Positions 13,400 through 25,904 of a DNA stretch of 64,000 nt are shown here, one piece after another. Each line of letters begins with the position of its first letter. Position 1 is the first letter of the stretch. The notes beneath the pieces were generated by a model. It searched no databases. It had not been told where the DNA came from and saw only the letters and a list, made by a program, of their open reading frames with translations. Position numbers and translations under genes: made by a program. The stretch is from Octopus vulgaris. Taxonomy: Eukaryota. Where the stretch lies: the NCBI GenBank assembly GCA_951406725.2, contig OX597828.1, forward strand, positions 39,370,001 to 39,434,000, in the 5' to 3' direction.

Positions 13400-13693
13400 T
13401 TCGACCAGGCTATCAGCTGTTGCTACACATCGCTGGTTACAATGCACTTCGCATTGTTTTAGCCTTCAAATGACACCACCCTGCTGGGTAAGTGAGCAGG
13501 CCAACAGAAGAAAGAGTGAGAGAAAGTTGCGGCGAAAGAGTACGGCAGGGATCACCACCACCCCCTGCCTGAGACTCGTGGAGCTTTAGGTGTTTTCACT
13601 CAATAAACTCTCACAATGCCCAGTCTGGGAATTGAAACCGCGATCCTACAACCATGAGTCCACTGCCCTAACCACTGGGCCATTGCGCCTCCA
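13400..13693 (-). mobile_element. tRNA-derived SINE, family D
   Basis: GGAGGCGCAATGGCCCAGTGGTTAGGGCAGTGGACTC head; shares its 5' half with 36885-37185. Confidence 0.75.
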
Positions 13694-13694
13694 G

Positions 13695-13734
<40 letters not shown>

Positions 13735-16700
13735 ATGTGTGTGTGTGTGTGATAGGTTTCTTTCAGTTTCCATCTACCAAATCCGCTCACAAGACTTTGG
13801 TTAGCTTGGGGCTAAAGTAGAAAGCACTTGTTGAAGTTATCATGCAGTGTTATCATGGGACTCAACTCAAATCCATGTGGTTGGGAAACAAACCCACAAC
13901 CATGTCCTTGCCTATTATCTAAAACAAAAATTGAGTGGTGGTTGCAAGAAGTTTAGTAAACAAGAGCTGACTTGGAGCTGACCAATACCAACAACCTCTT
14001 TAATATACCTCACTGGGATAGCCATAGAATTCTAAATATCTCAAACATTATTTACAAATACAGATGAATAAATTCAAAGCAATAACAACACTATAATTAT
14101 ATAATAATTGACATCAACAGTTTTAGCGATTCAAAATGGAAAAAAAACCGGATAACTGGAACATTAATTTTCAAAAGATAACCTAGAAAATTTTATATTA
14201 ATAACATACAAGAACTAGCTAGTTATCTAGCCAAGCGTTCACTTATAAATATTTACAACACTCAAAATATGTTGTAAATAAATATTTATATGTTGAGTAA
14301 ATATTTATATTGTGAAATACAGCAGCTTCCACTTGTTAGTAAAAACATCTGCCTCTTTTTTAGTTTAGCGATCTTAGGTAGTTGTGTAAATTGAGATGTT
14401 TGTTAAATGTGAAAATCTGGAGTATGCCTGTCATTTGCTCTTGTTGCATAGCTGGACCCAGATAAACTCTAATCAAATATACTCAAAAAAATTGGGGAGA
14501 TTTTGAAAAAATTCCAGGTCAGCTCTGACTGAACACACTTAAAAGGTAAAAAAAGTCAAAGGTGTAGAAATTTGGTTCTTATTTCTAGCAGATCAAGCAA
14601 ACCACAAAGATACTTCCTTCTTCACTTGCTGTTTCCTGTTTATCCACAAGTCAGTTGTAACTGAACAAACTTCTGATCAAAGGCATTCCAGCCATGACTA
14701 CTCAGTTTTCTCTTGGCTATTATGTGGCTAGGATTGAGTACATTATCAAGTATAGTATTATTTGTAAGGTGATAATTTGAGAGTGATTTCACTATTATTT
14801 CTTGTAGGTCAAGTGACAGCACAGAGCCCAAAGCTGCTGCTGTCACACGTATGACATTCAAGTTTTCTTATTTTACCAACTAGAGTTCTGGGCTCACAAT
14901 CATGAAGTAGCAAGTTCAATTTCCAGACGAGTTCTGTGTTATGTTCTTAGGCAAGACACTTCATTTCATATTGTTCCAGTTTGCTCAGTTGTAAAATGAG
15001 TTGCAACATCACTGGTGCCAAATTGTATCAGCCTTTACCTTTCCCTTGGATGCCATCGGCTGGTATGCATGGGCAACTGTTGGTCTTCCATAAACAACCT
15101 TGTCTGGACTTGTGCCTCAGAGTTTAACTTTCTAGGTGCAGTCCCATGGTCATTCATGACTGAAGGGTCTATATAAATATTTCATCTATTACAATGTAAA
15201 AAGTGAAACGAAACCAAGATCTCTTTATAAACTGAGGCAATGTTGCCATTATCTGTGAGTACGTGGTGTGTAAAAGGGAGAGGGGAATGGTATTTTGGCC
15301 ATGGAGAAGATAAGGTTTCTGATTCTGATGGTTATATTTCTGAAGAAAAAGATTGTACAAAGCATGGAGGAATGAGTGTGTGTGTGCATGCACGAAAGAA
15401 ATAAAAATTAATCATCATCATCATCGTTTAACGTCCATTTTCCATGCTAGCATGGGTTGGACGGTTTGACCGGGGTCTGGGAAGCCAGCAGGTTGCACCA
15501 GGCTCCAGTCTGATCTGGCAGTGTTTCTACAGCTGGATGCCCTTCCTAATGCCAACCACTCCGTGAGTGTAGTGGGTTCTTTTTACGTGCCACCAGCATA
15601 GGGCCAGAGGAGACTGGCAAAGGCCACGATTGGTTGATGCTTTTTACATGCCACCAGTGAAGAAAATAATGCTATAGCCAACAAATTGGGGGGGGGGGGG
15701 TAGATAAATTGATTACATGGTGAATTTTCTGAGTTAACATGGACAAATAAATAGAGTCAGAATGTGTGCCATTTGTGCCTCTTTCAGGATCATCAGCTAA
15801 GTAATTGAAAGTGAAATTATCCTAACTAAGAATTAAACCAGATTCTGAATGTGGCTCACCGAAACCTTCCCTTTAATCTATTGCTATCAATTATGTATTA
15901 AAGATGAACAACTAAAGACTATTAATGATTTGTTCAAACAAAAACAAAACAAATCACATTAGTCTGTGCAGCGTGAATAGCAAACATTCAAATATCCTTT
16001 GCATTATTGAAGAATCCTTTCAAAATATGACTTTCTGCACCCTCTCCTCATCTCTGCAATGATGGCTGAAGTGCACTCAAACAATTCAATACCAACACTG
16101 TAGAAATAATCCACATTTTACATTATAATAATCTCCTTGCCATTAGCACTAACAGGCTGATTGTTGTTTTGACAGAAAAACAAAAAAAAAGACATTCTGT
16201 TATAGTTGCCTCTCCATAAAAAGCTAGTATGTTCTGTTTTTGCTACCGCATGTTACGACATGAAGTTATGATACAAACTAAAAAAAATAAAAATAAAAAA
16301 AAAACTTTTTGTCCTTTATAGGGAGCTTAATCACAATTAGAAGCAATAACATTCACAGACATACTTAAATAGCTAATTACATTACTTCAGGACTCTACAT
16401 TGCTTTCATTAATTCAAAACAAATAAAAAAGGGGGCAAAGAAAAAGCAACATAAGATTCCATACACAAAAGTTTACTTTGACAACTATTTTACAAGTCAT
16501 CGTCTCACTTCAATTTATTTCCATTTCCTAAAAGCACTCCAATTCCTATAAATAAAACCCCCGAAACAACCCAGTTATTTTTATTTGATATTAATCTTCA
16601 TTTTCTTTTTTTATTTCTTAAAAGGGCAAAAATTACAATTTTAGATTAAGTCTTTTCATAACAACTTCTAGCTAACTTGCTTGAGTCAGTGTAATAATCT

Positions 16701-18009
16701 CCCACGTGGCAGGCACTAATGTTATTGGGAAAGGCTTGAATACCACACAACTTCATTCCCTCACACATACAAATGTAGCATATTTAAGAAATCAATATAG
16801 TAGAAAGAAAATTCCATATTGATAACACATACTCCATGGGCAATTGAGGAAGCCCCTTTAAGGTCACTCAGCCTGCTACAAATAACATCTATCTTTCCCC
16901 CAAATAACTCTTTTTCTCCAAGGTTATATATTTGGATAATATTCGTTTAACGTCCGTTCTCCATGCTAGCATGGGTTGGACGGTTCGACCGGGGATCTGG
17001 GAAGCCAGAAGGCTGCACCAGGCTCCAGTCTTATCTGGCAATGTTTCTACAGCTGGATGCCCTTCCTAATGCCATTGTCTAGGGTATCCTACTCCTTATA
17101 ATAAGATGGGATGATCATACAGGCAATGTCTGGCCAGAACAAAAGACTTAATTCAATAATCCATTTGACAAGGAGTTTGTGAACTTAGGAGAGACTTCTT
17201 ACAAATAAAAGATGCTGCACATCATATGTAGAAGAGGAGTCTTCCCTAACAGGGGGGATAAAGCTGAAGTGAGACCCATATTGGAATATTGCTCTGTTTG
17301 AGTGTACTGTTGATACATAGGAAGGCAGGGTCTCAGTGAGGCATAGTTCAAAGGTAAACGCTTGTAGATAGTGTGTGTGCGTGTGTGTGTGTGAAAGAAA
17401 GAGTTCTTATTAGATTTGCATCCCTATCTAAATGTTGCCATGACAATAAATGAAGATATATTTTTCAAAGTTTTACTATATACTATCATTTAGTATCAAC
17501 ATTTGGAAGGACATCCAACTGTAAAAACCACGCCAAAACTGACCTTGCCTGTGCTGGTGCCACATAAAAGACACTCAGTCTACTCTGTGGAGTGGTTGGT
17601 GTTAGGAAGAGCATCCAGCCATAAAAACCATACTAAAACAGATACCGAAGCCTGGAGCAGTCTTCTGCCTAGCCAGCTCCTGTCAAACTGTTCAACCCAT
17701 ACCAGCATGGAAAGCTGATGATGATGATGATAATGGTTCTTGTGTGTGTGTGTCTTGACATCTTGTGGAAGTTGTAAATGAATGTCACTGTCATATAAGC
17801 AGTGTTACTCATTTTGAAAAATTCTGCACAAACATGTCTGACCATTTACCTCACTTTGAAAACAGGTAAGGGTTGGCAGTAGGAAAGGTGTCTGGCCTTA
17901 AAAAAATCTGCTTCCGATCATGCAAGCATGGAAAAGTGAATGTTAAAGCAACAATGATGATGAGCCTTCCTAAGACATGGCTGATAATGAACAACAGAAT
18001 TATCAAGAA

Positions 18010-18364
18010 CTAGCAGTGTCGCCCGGCATTGCTCAGGTTTGTTTCGACCCTTTAGAATTGGAATTTTTGAAAAGTAAAAATTTTGCATTATGTAGCTTGT
18101 TATTCTCTGTAAGTGAACATTTTTCTGGTTGAAATACAGCGAAAAATGTTGACACAGCAGTCAAAAAAATCATAAAAAATATGGATTTTCATAAAAAAAA
18201 AAGCACCTTTTTGATGTAAATAATTTTTGGTGTTAACATGGTCCGATTTGAATTTTTTCTTCTATGAAAGGAAGAGCAAGCCTTCTTCTATCATACTCTC
18301 AATTTTGGTCAACTTGCACCAAACCTGCCATACACAGACAACTTCAGCTTTATATATAGAGAGA
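18010..18364 (-). mobile_element. Non-autonomous Helitron
   Basis: Minus strand: A|TC start, subterminal hairpin CCTGAGCAATGCCGGG, then CTAG|T end, no TSD. Confidence 0.75.
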
Positions 18365-19172
18365 TTATTGTGAAATCTAACAGATTAGATGCCAATGAAA
18401 TTCTAAACATAAGAATATGAAGATCTCTTTCATTCATCATCATCATCACTTAATGTCCGTTTTCCATGCTAGCATGGGTTGGACAGTTCAACTGGGGTCT
18501 GGGAAGCCAGAAGGCTGCACCAGGCCCAGTCTGATCTGGCAGTGTTTCTACAGCTGGATGCCCTTCCTAATGCCAACCACTCTGTGAGTGTAGTGGGTTC
18601 TTTTTACGTGCCACCTGAGGCTGGCAAACAGCCACGATTGGATGGTGCTTTTTACGTGCCACCGGCACGGAGGCCAGTCGGGGTGGTGTGCAACAATATT
18701 ATAGTTAGAGTACAAAATAAGAAAGCTCAAATGAAACCCACAATAGATTACAGCTGTCTGAGACAGTACTAATGAGACAGTACTAATGCTACATACAAAT
18801 ACATCCCAGACCACTTGCAAGAGCTAGCCAACCAGCTCCTGTATTTACCAGCATATTACATGTGCTTCATACCTGACCCCAATACTTGACTGGTCCCCTA
18901 TTTCATTGACTGTGGAAGGATGAAAAGTGAGGTTAGCCAACGCATAATAGTTGGGCGGAAAAATATTATATGATGCAAATAAGAGACTGGAAAAGAGGAA
19001 GACTTCAAGAAGAAATGGTTGGAAGTGGTGTTGGATAATCTCAGGATGATGGGTCATGTAATAAACATGACAAAGAATCACCACAAGTAAAGAGGGATAC
19101 CGTACTGAAACTAACCTCTCCATTTTATGCCAGTATGGAAAAGAGATGTAAAAAAAAATACAAATAAAACAA

Positions 19173-19541
19173 TGTAGCTTGCTAACCAACCACATGGTTC
19201 CGGGTTCCGTCCCACTGCGTGGCATCTTGGGCAAGTGTCTTCTGCTATAGCCCCAGGCCGACCAATGCCTTGTGGGTGGATTTGGTAGACGGAAACTGAA
19301 AGAAGCCTGTCGTATATATGTATATATATATATAAGTGTGTCTGTGTTTGTCCCCCTAGCATTGCTTGACAACCGATGCTGGTGTGTTTACGTCCCCGTC
19401 ACTTAGCGGTTCGGCAAAAGAGACCGATAGAATAAGTATTGGGCTTACAAAGAATAAGTACCGGGGTCGATTTGCTCGACTAAAAGCGGTGCTCCACCAT
19501 GGCCGCAGTCAAATGACTGAAACAAGTAAAAGAGTAAAGAG
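19173..19541 (+). mobile_element. SINE family A, young CpG-rich copy
   Basis: Close match to 27523-27918 in the opposite orientation. Confidence 0.85.
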
Positions 19542-19547
19542 TATATA

Positions 19548-19798
19548 TTGGGTTGGTGCATAATTATTGCAGCTTTTTTTCAAGAAATTTTATTCAACGA
19601 AAGCAATAACAACATGTAACAATAACATCTTTAAATGATTATTCCGGAGCATATTCACCATCTACTTCAATTACTGCTTCCCATTTGCTTGGCAGATGGT
19701 CAGACTGTCATTTAATGATGTTTTTGTTAAATATTGTTATTGTTTTTGTTGAATAAAATATGTTGAAAAAAAGCTGCAATAATTATGCACCAACACAA
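19548..19798. mobile_element. Mariner-derived MITE with ~90-bp inverted ends and TA TSD
   Basis: TA|TTGGGTTGGTGCATAATTATTGCAGC...GCTGCAATAATTATGCACCAACACAA|TA. The core on minus encodes DHLPSKWEAVIEVDGEYAPE*. Confidence 0.85.
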
Positions 19799-21994
19799 TA
19801 ATTTTCACTGAAATGTTGCTTTGAAAAGAAAAATCATTTTTTGAGGATTAGTCCAGGATTGAATGGATAGTATTTCCATATGTTGTTTAGCCCAAGGTCA
19901 GCTATCTTTGAGTAGGCCAATGATCATAGATGTTCATACCATAGTCATCCTGGATATTTTTAATGCATAATATAACCATCACATATATATTCTAGATACA
20001 TGTGTTTTCTTTCCCTCATTTTCAGAACGGTAGGGTGCAATTCAAAGGAAATCTGGCAGCAATTTTTAATAGGGCAAATAGTTACAGAGACTCCTTCTTT
20101 TCACCACATGTAGTGAGTACTCCGACACACACCTTTGATTTGTTCTTTTTTTATTAATATATCCTTTGTATATTTGCATAGATACAGTTTAAATATAACA
20201 ATACATTAAAGAATTCAATAAACAAAGTAATTTTTCATTTGAAACAAATGGTGGTATTCTGTAACATGAACCTCTTCAGCTTATGCCAGTATGAAAATAT
20301 GGTAAAACATTGAAGATGGTGAGAGAGAGAGAGAGTGTGCGAATGTGTGTGTGTGTGCTCACGCGCACACACAAGAGAGTTTGAACATGATGCTTACATT
20401 TAAGCTTTAGATAAAAGCAATCCCAGTGGAATTTATAAATTTCAATCATCTTCATTCAAATGTTAATAATGCAAGCACAAATGTTATAACATAAGCATAA
20501 ATATTTTAACATCAGCACAGATACTGAACAGAGACAATTTAGGGTAGTACCAGAGTATCTGAGAAGAATTTTATCAGGGGTATGGGTTTCTTCCAAGTCC
20601 CCTTCCCTAGCACCTCCAAGAGAAATTTTTCTAAGTAGAACAGGACTACTTTCAGAACCGCAAAGTCCCCTAAAATTTCCATGGAATTGTAAGGACTACC
20701 CCCTTTTATATGCTGAGCTCTTCATTTCTTTGAACTCTAGCTTAGTGTTCAACATATAGAAATATTTTCTGAGAACCCAGAAAATTTCTGGGCCAAGGTA
20801 TAATGCATTCTCTGCAACCCCAGTCTCATTGACTCTCAAGGGGACTTTTGTCAGAGACAACATCTCTAGTATCAGTGACATAATGACATGTATCCAGTTC
20901 ATGTTGTAAAGTGGTTAGTTATGGAGAGGAAAGGTATCCAGCTGTGAAAAATAAAAATGCCAAAATGGAAAAAAATAAATGGAGGTGCTAGAGAAGAGGA
21001 GACTGTTTAGTTTTGTCTCTGATGTCTCTAATGTAACAAAGATGTCTGGGTTTTCTCTGCATTTGTGTATGCTAGAAAACAAAAGACTATGACAAGTGAC
21101 AAAATACATTACGAAATCTGTTCATCTCTTGTCAGCACAGAAAAACAAATGCAAAAATAATGAGAAGGAGGATAAATGTTAATATCAGCATAAATGCAAA
21201 TGATTGTCTCAGTTCCTCCAGGTTTTAAGTACAGTAGTGTCAGAAAGTGTGGGTGATGGTTCCATTTGCATGAATCAAACATGTCAAATGGTACTTATGA
21301 AGGAAAAGATTGATATTATTTGAACTAATGTAGTTAACTGGACGGGAAATGGTAACAAAATACTAAAGCTACTTAAGCAAAATGAAACTAGGTCCAACCC
21401 AAGATTTAATTAAAAAGAAAAGAGGAAATAATATATAAAAATGAAAGGGTTCAAGTAATAATTAGTATTTTCTGTTTGAAATTTGTATTTTTGGCCTTAT
21501 ATTATTATTATTATATCCTTATATTGTTTTTGTTTCTCAAATTCTTTAAGTAGGCTCTTAAGGAAGGAAAACACACACATATATATATATACATACAAGC
21601 ACACATACACATAAACAGACAAACCTAACATTAGCGTATACCAGAATATAATTTTAACAAGATCTGTTTCATGTAGTTCTTCCTTTTGTTATTCGCTTTA
21701 AATCTATTAGACATGTATTTGAACATGTTCTGAGACAGACATAGAGACAGAAATATAAACTCTCTTAATTATATATGTCTGATTCAGCTAAAGAAACCTG
21801 ACTATCTATTATCCTAAGCTTTAACATCTTAACATTCAAATGCGACTTCACTTAAATATATGCAAAATGTACGTGCACACATCTATATACATACACGTAT
21901 ACACACATTTATTACATACACAAAAGAGACAAATAATACTCAAATTTAAGACTGTTGTGCCAATTGTCAAATCAAATAGAAATAATAATAAGTC

Positions 21995-22405
21995 CAGGAG
22001 TGGCTGTGTGGTAATAAGTTTGTTTCCCAAACACAAGGTTATGGGTTCAGTCCCACTGTATGCCACCTTGGGTCTTCTATTATAGCCTTGGCCAACCAAA
22101 GACTTGTGAGTGGATTTTATAGATGGAAACTGAAAGAAGCCCGTTGCACATGCATGCATGTGTGTATATACATGTATGTGTGTGTGTGTCATTGTGCCTG
22201 AATTTGTCCCCTCCCCACCAATTGACAACTGGTGTTGGTTTGTTTACATCCCCATAACTTAGAGGTCTGGCAGAAGAGACTGATAAAATAAGTACCAGGC
22301 TTTAAAAAAACACTAGGGTCAAGATGTTCAACTAAAAAATCTCTACAAGGTGGTGCCCCAGCATGGCCACAGTCTACTGACTGAAACAAGTAAATGATAA
22401 AAGAT
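21995..22405 (+). mobile_element. SINE family A, older copy
   Basis: Head AGGAGTGGCTGTGTGGTAA through tail GACTGAAACAAGTAAA. Confidence 0.8.
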
Positions 22406-22476
22406 AACTGTTACTAATTCAAGTACAAGATGAGCAATTTTGCAGGGAAGGGTTAGTTACTTACATCAACCCCAGT

Positions 22477-22739
22477 TCATATGCCCACGGGCATATGGCG
22501 CAGTGGTTAAGAGCACAGGCTACTAACCCCAAGATTCTGAGTTCGATTCCAAGCAGTGGCCTGAACAATAACAATAATAATAATAATAACACTGAAAAAT
22601 ATCTTAGGAATGAGAACCCAGGTTCGAAAGTTTCCCAAGACACATGAAGAAGGCTGGAGGGTATATCAGCCGAAACGTTGTGTTAACAACAAACAAGATG
22701 AGGACAGATATCCGTCGAATGTAAATAATGCAAATAATG
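22477..22739 (+). mobile_element. tRNA-headed, hammerhead-bearing non-autonomous retroelement (Penelope-like tail)
   Basis: A box TGGCGCAGTGG, B box GAGTTCGATTCC, (AAT)n, hammerhead motif at 22639-22684, 9-bp TSD AACCCCAGT (22468-22476 and 22740-22748). Confidence 0.75.
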
Positions 22740-23513
22740 AACCCCAGTACTTGTCTGGTACTTTATTAACTCTGAGGAGATGAAACCCCCAAAATGCCAG
22801 TTAGAGCCACAGAGATGAGTGGACAAAAGAGTACAGTACAACAGGGCGATTCTACAAATTTGCTTGACCTGTTCTACTTAGCAGCTAAATGTATCTTAAT
22901 CTTTTTGTGATTATATTACTAATGAAATATAACTTTCTCTATCTATTTCAATAATTTATTTTTTTAATGAGTGAATGAATAAAAAAAAGCAAGGATTTGA
23001 AGCAGTGACAATGTAAGACTGGGTTGAACTTTTTAGCTTTGCCTTATCACCCAGAACATTCTATAAAGTGGTTGGTGTTAGGAAGAGCATCCATTCTCAA
23101 GAAGACCTGCCCACCACAGCAGAATTGATACTGGGGCTGGTGCCACATTAAAAGCACTCATGCTGACATCATGTTAAAAGCACAGGTGTCACATAACAGA
23201 GAACCCAGTATGCACTGTAAAGTGGTTGGCGGTAAGAAGGGCATTCAACCGTAGAAACCGTGCTAGAACAGACAATGGAGTCTGGGGCATCCTCCGGTCA
23301 AGCTGTCCTACCTAAGTCAGCATGGAAAACGGGCACATGGTCCCTCAACTCATCTCAGGCCATTACAACTCATCTTACCCAGAGTGGTGAATGGAAGCAT
23401 GTTGGGTCCATAATCCAGAAGTTACGAGACTGAAACTAGGCTCAGCAAAGAAATGGATACGGTTTCTGATAGTTATAATATGCAGCTGAGTCGTAGACAA
23501 ATATATCAACTTT

Positions 23514-23860
23514 ATCATCATCATCATCGTTTAGCGTCCGTTTTCCATGCTAGCATGGGTTGGACGGTTCTACTGGGGGTCTGTGAAGCCAGAAGGCTTC
23601 ATCAGGCCTAGTCAGATCTGGCAGTGTTTCTACGGCTGGATGCCCTTCCTAACGCCAACCACTCCGTGAGTGTAGTGGGTGCTTTTTACGTGCCACCCGC
23701 ACAGGTGCCAGACAGAGCTGGCAAACGGCCACGAATGGATGGTGCTTTTTATGTGCCACCGGCACGGGGGCCAGGCGAGGCTGGCAACGGACACGAACGG
23801 ATGGTGCTTTTTACGTGCCACCGGCATGAAGCCAGTCGGGGCAGCGCTGGCAACGGTCAT
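23514..23860 (-). mobile_element. RTE LINE 3' UTR copy (family C) with three ~62-bp internal repeats and (GAT)n tail
   Basis: GGTGGCACGTAAAAAGCACC...GGAAGGGCATCCAGC...CCCATGCTAGCATGGAAA. Other copies at ~10600, 11778, 15413, 16943, 18435, 41855, 44825, 52450, 58797 and 61528. Confidence 0.8.
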
Positions 23861-24184
23861 GTATATATATCTACAAGGGTAAATACAAATTATATTATGA
23901 AATAGAAATTTATATGGGGTCAAGGGGTACCAACTGAGCAGAGTACACTAAAACCCAAGTAGCATAGTGAGCACAGATGATAACAACAGCAGGACTTTTC
24001 AAACAGTATATAAAATGGCTAGAAACACCAGTTGAATTCTATATTCAGTCATCTAACACTGTAACAGAATTCTGCTCAAGCAGGGTTGAAGAATTATATG
24101 TGGAGTCAAACGTTTTTCAAATATTTTGGTTCCAGAAGCTAACCCTCGCTTAACCACTGCTTATACAAGTTAGAATTGCTGAAA

Positions 24185-24465
24185 AATATCTCCCTTAGAT
24201 TATTACTCATTCCGATCCATGGCTCGTTTTCTGTGCTTGTGGGACTTCATCAACCAAGAGGAGGTGGAAGCTTCTGCGAAGGAGTTCTTTGTCTTGAAGA
24301 ACAAGAACTGGTACCAGTGCAGAAGCAAAGAACTGTCAGAAAGGTGGCTTCAGACAGTGCAATGTGATGGCCTCTACTTTCAATGCTAGGCTGCTTTTGT
24401 TCTAACTTGATGAAAAGGAAAATAAGTTAGCAAAATTTTGCAAAACTTGTGACTGAACACAATTC
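24185..24465 (+). mobile_element. Mariner transposase C-terminal remnant with 3' end
   Basis: SPLDYYSFRSMARFLCLWDFINQEEVEASAKEFFVLKNKNWYQCRSKELSERWLQTVQCDGLYFQC*. Confidence 0.8.
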
Positions 24466-25904
24466 AACAACAAAAGCATTTTACCAGGTCATAAATGCCA
24501 TGGCTAACATTACCTTTCACCACTCAGGAATTGATAAAATATAAACATGCTAATCAAATATGAATGTGAGATGATATAATCAACTGTACCTTCCTTCACA
24601 GTAACTGCCTGGATTAGAAATCAATATTAAATAAGTTCAAGGCAGAATCATTAGCACACTAGGCAAAATGCCTTTACACATCTTTACATTCTGTGTTCAA
24701 ATTCCACTGAGGTCGACTCTGCCTTTCGTCCTTTCGGGATCAATAAAATAAGTACCAGTTGAGCACTGGGGTCAATGTAATCGACTTAGACCCTCCCCTG
24801 AACTTGCTGGCCTTGTTCCAAAATTTGAAACCAATATTTGATAAGTTCCATAATTTACTTTCTTACAACATTTATCATTCCTCCAACATTGTGTCCCCTA
24901 CCCATGAAATCCTCTTATGGATAGCTTTCTCCTCTATCATAGCCCTTAACCCACTTATCAATCTTGTCCTGCTATATTCCAACTCTTAATTATCAATAAC
25001 TTCTTGTTCTGCTCTATCCCCACAATCAATGTTTCAGCTTTTATTTCAGGGCCACTAACTCACTCCTGAGGAAGGAGAAAGTTTTCAGTCTAGAAACAGA
25101 AATTACAAAAGAGAACTTCCAAACATGACTCTATGGTTAAGAAGTTTGTTTCAAAACCACAAGGTATCGTGTTTGATCCCTCTGTGCAGTACCTTAGATA
25201 GGTGTGTTATATCATCTCATGTTATTCAATAACTGAGTAAAATCTGGTAACCAAACCCAACACACACATGTACATCATTTACATCTATTTTTCCACGCCA
25301 GTAAGGGTTAGATGGATCACACAACATCTTATTTGTTATCGTTCTTTGTATCACCACCTGTCAGTCCTTTGGTATCTGGTACAAACTACAAAGAAAAGCC
25401 AAACAACTCTTTTGTTTTGTGTATATTTAACAAATTTTTATGACTACAAACCCTTATCACCAACTACTTTGCAGTATTGACAAGGGATTGCCATTAAATC
25501 TATGTATCAAATAGAAATACCTTGTGGTATTTATTATTCTGTGCAAGTATTTAGTCATTTAATAAAATAAAGACCAATAAAATTAAATATGAGACAAAAA
25601 AAATTGGGTGTGCTTGATGAGAGATACACCTAACCAAATCCATTGGAGGTATGTCTATAGTGAAAGAACAGAAGAAAAAATAGCAAACCATTTTCAGAAG
25701 AATTCCATCAAGAAAACAAATTTTCATTGACTTATTACATTTTACATTTTCTAAAAACTACTTTACCATGCATACATAGGTAAGGTGTAATCTTTATTTG
25801 GGGTAACCCCATTATATATAGGTAGATGCCTTTCCCATCACAGAATATTCAACTCTAAGTTTAAAGAAAGTTAATAAGGAGAGGAGAGACAATGATTAAT
25901 AACA

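Noticed and set aside
16010-16098. Minus-strand acceptor followed by VGIELFECTSAIIAEMRRG...
   Set aside because: Reaches a stop with no donor and has no recognisable homology.
22489-22562. Possible tRNA gene
   Set aside because: Acceptor stem does not pair; it is the head of a TSD-bounded repeat.
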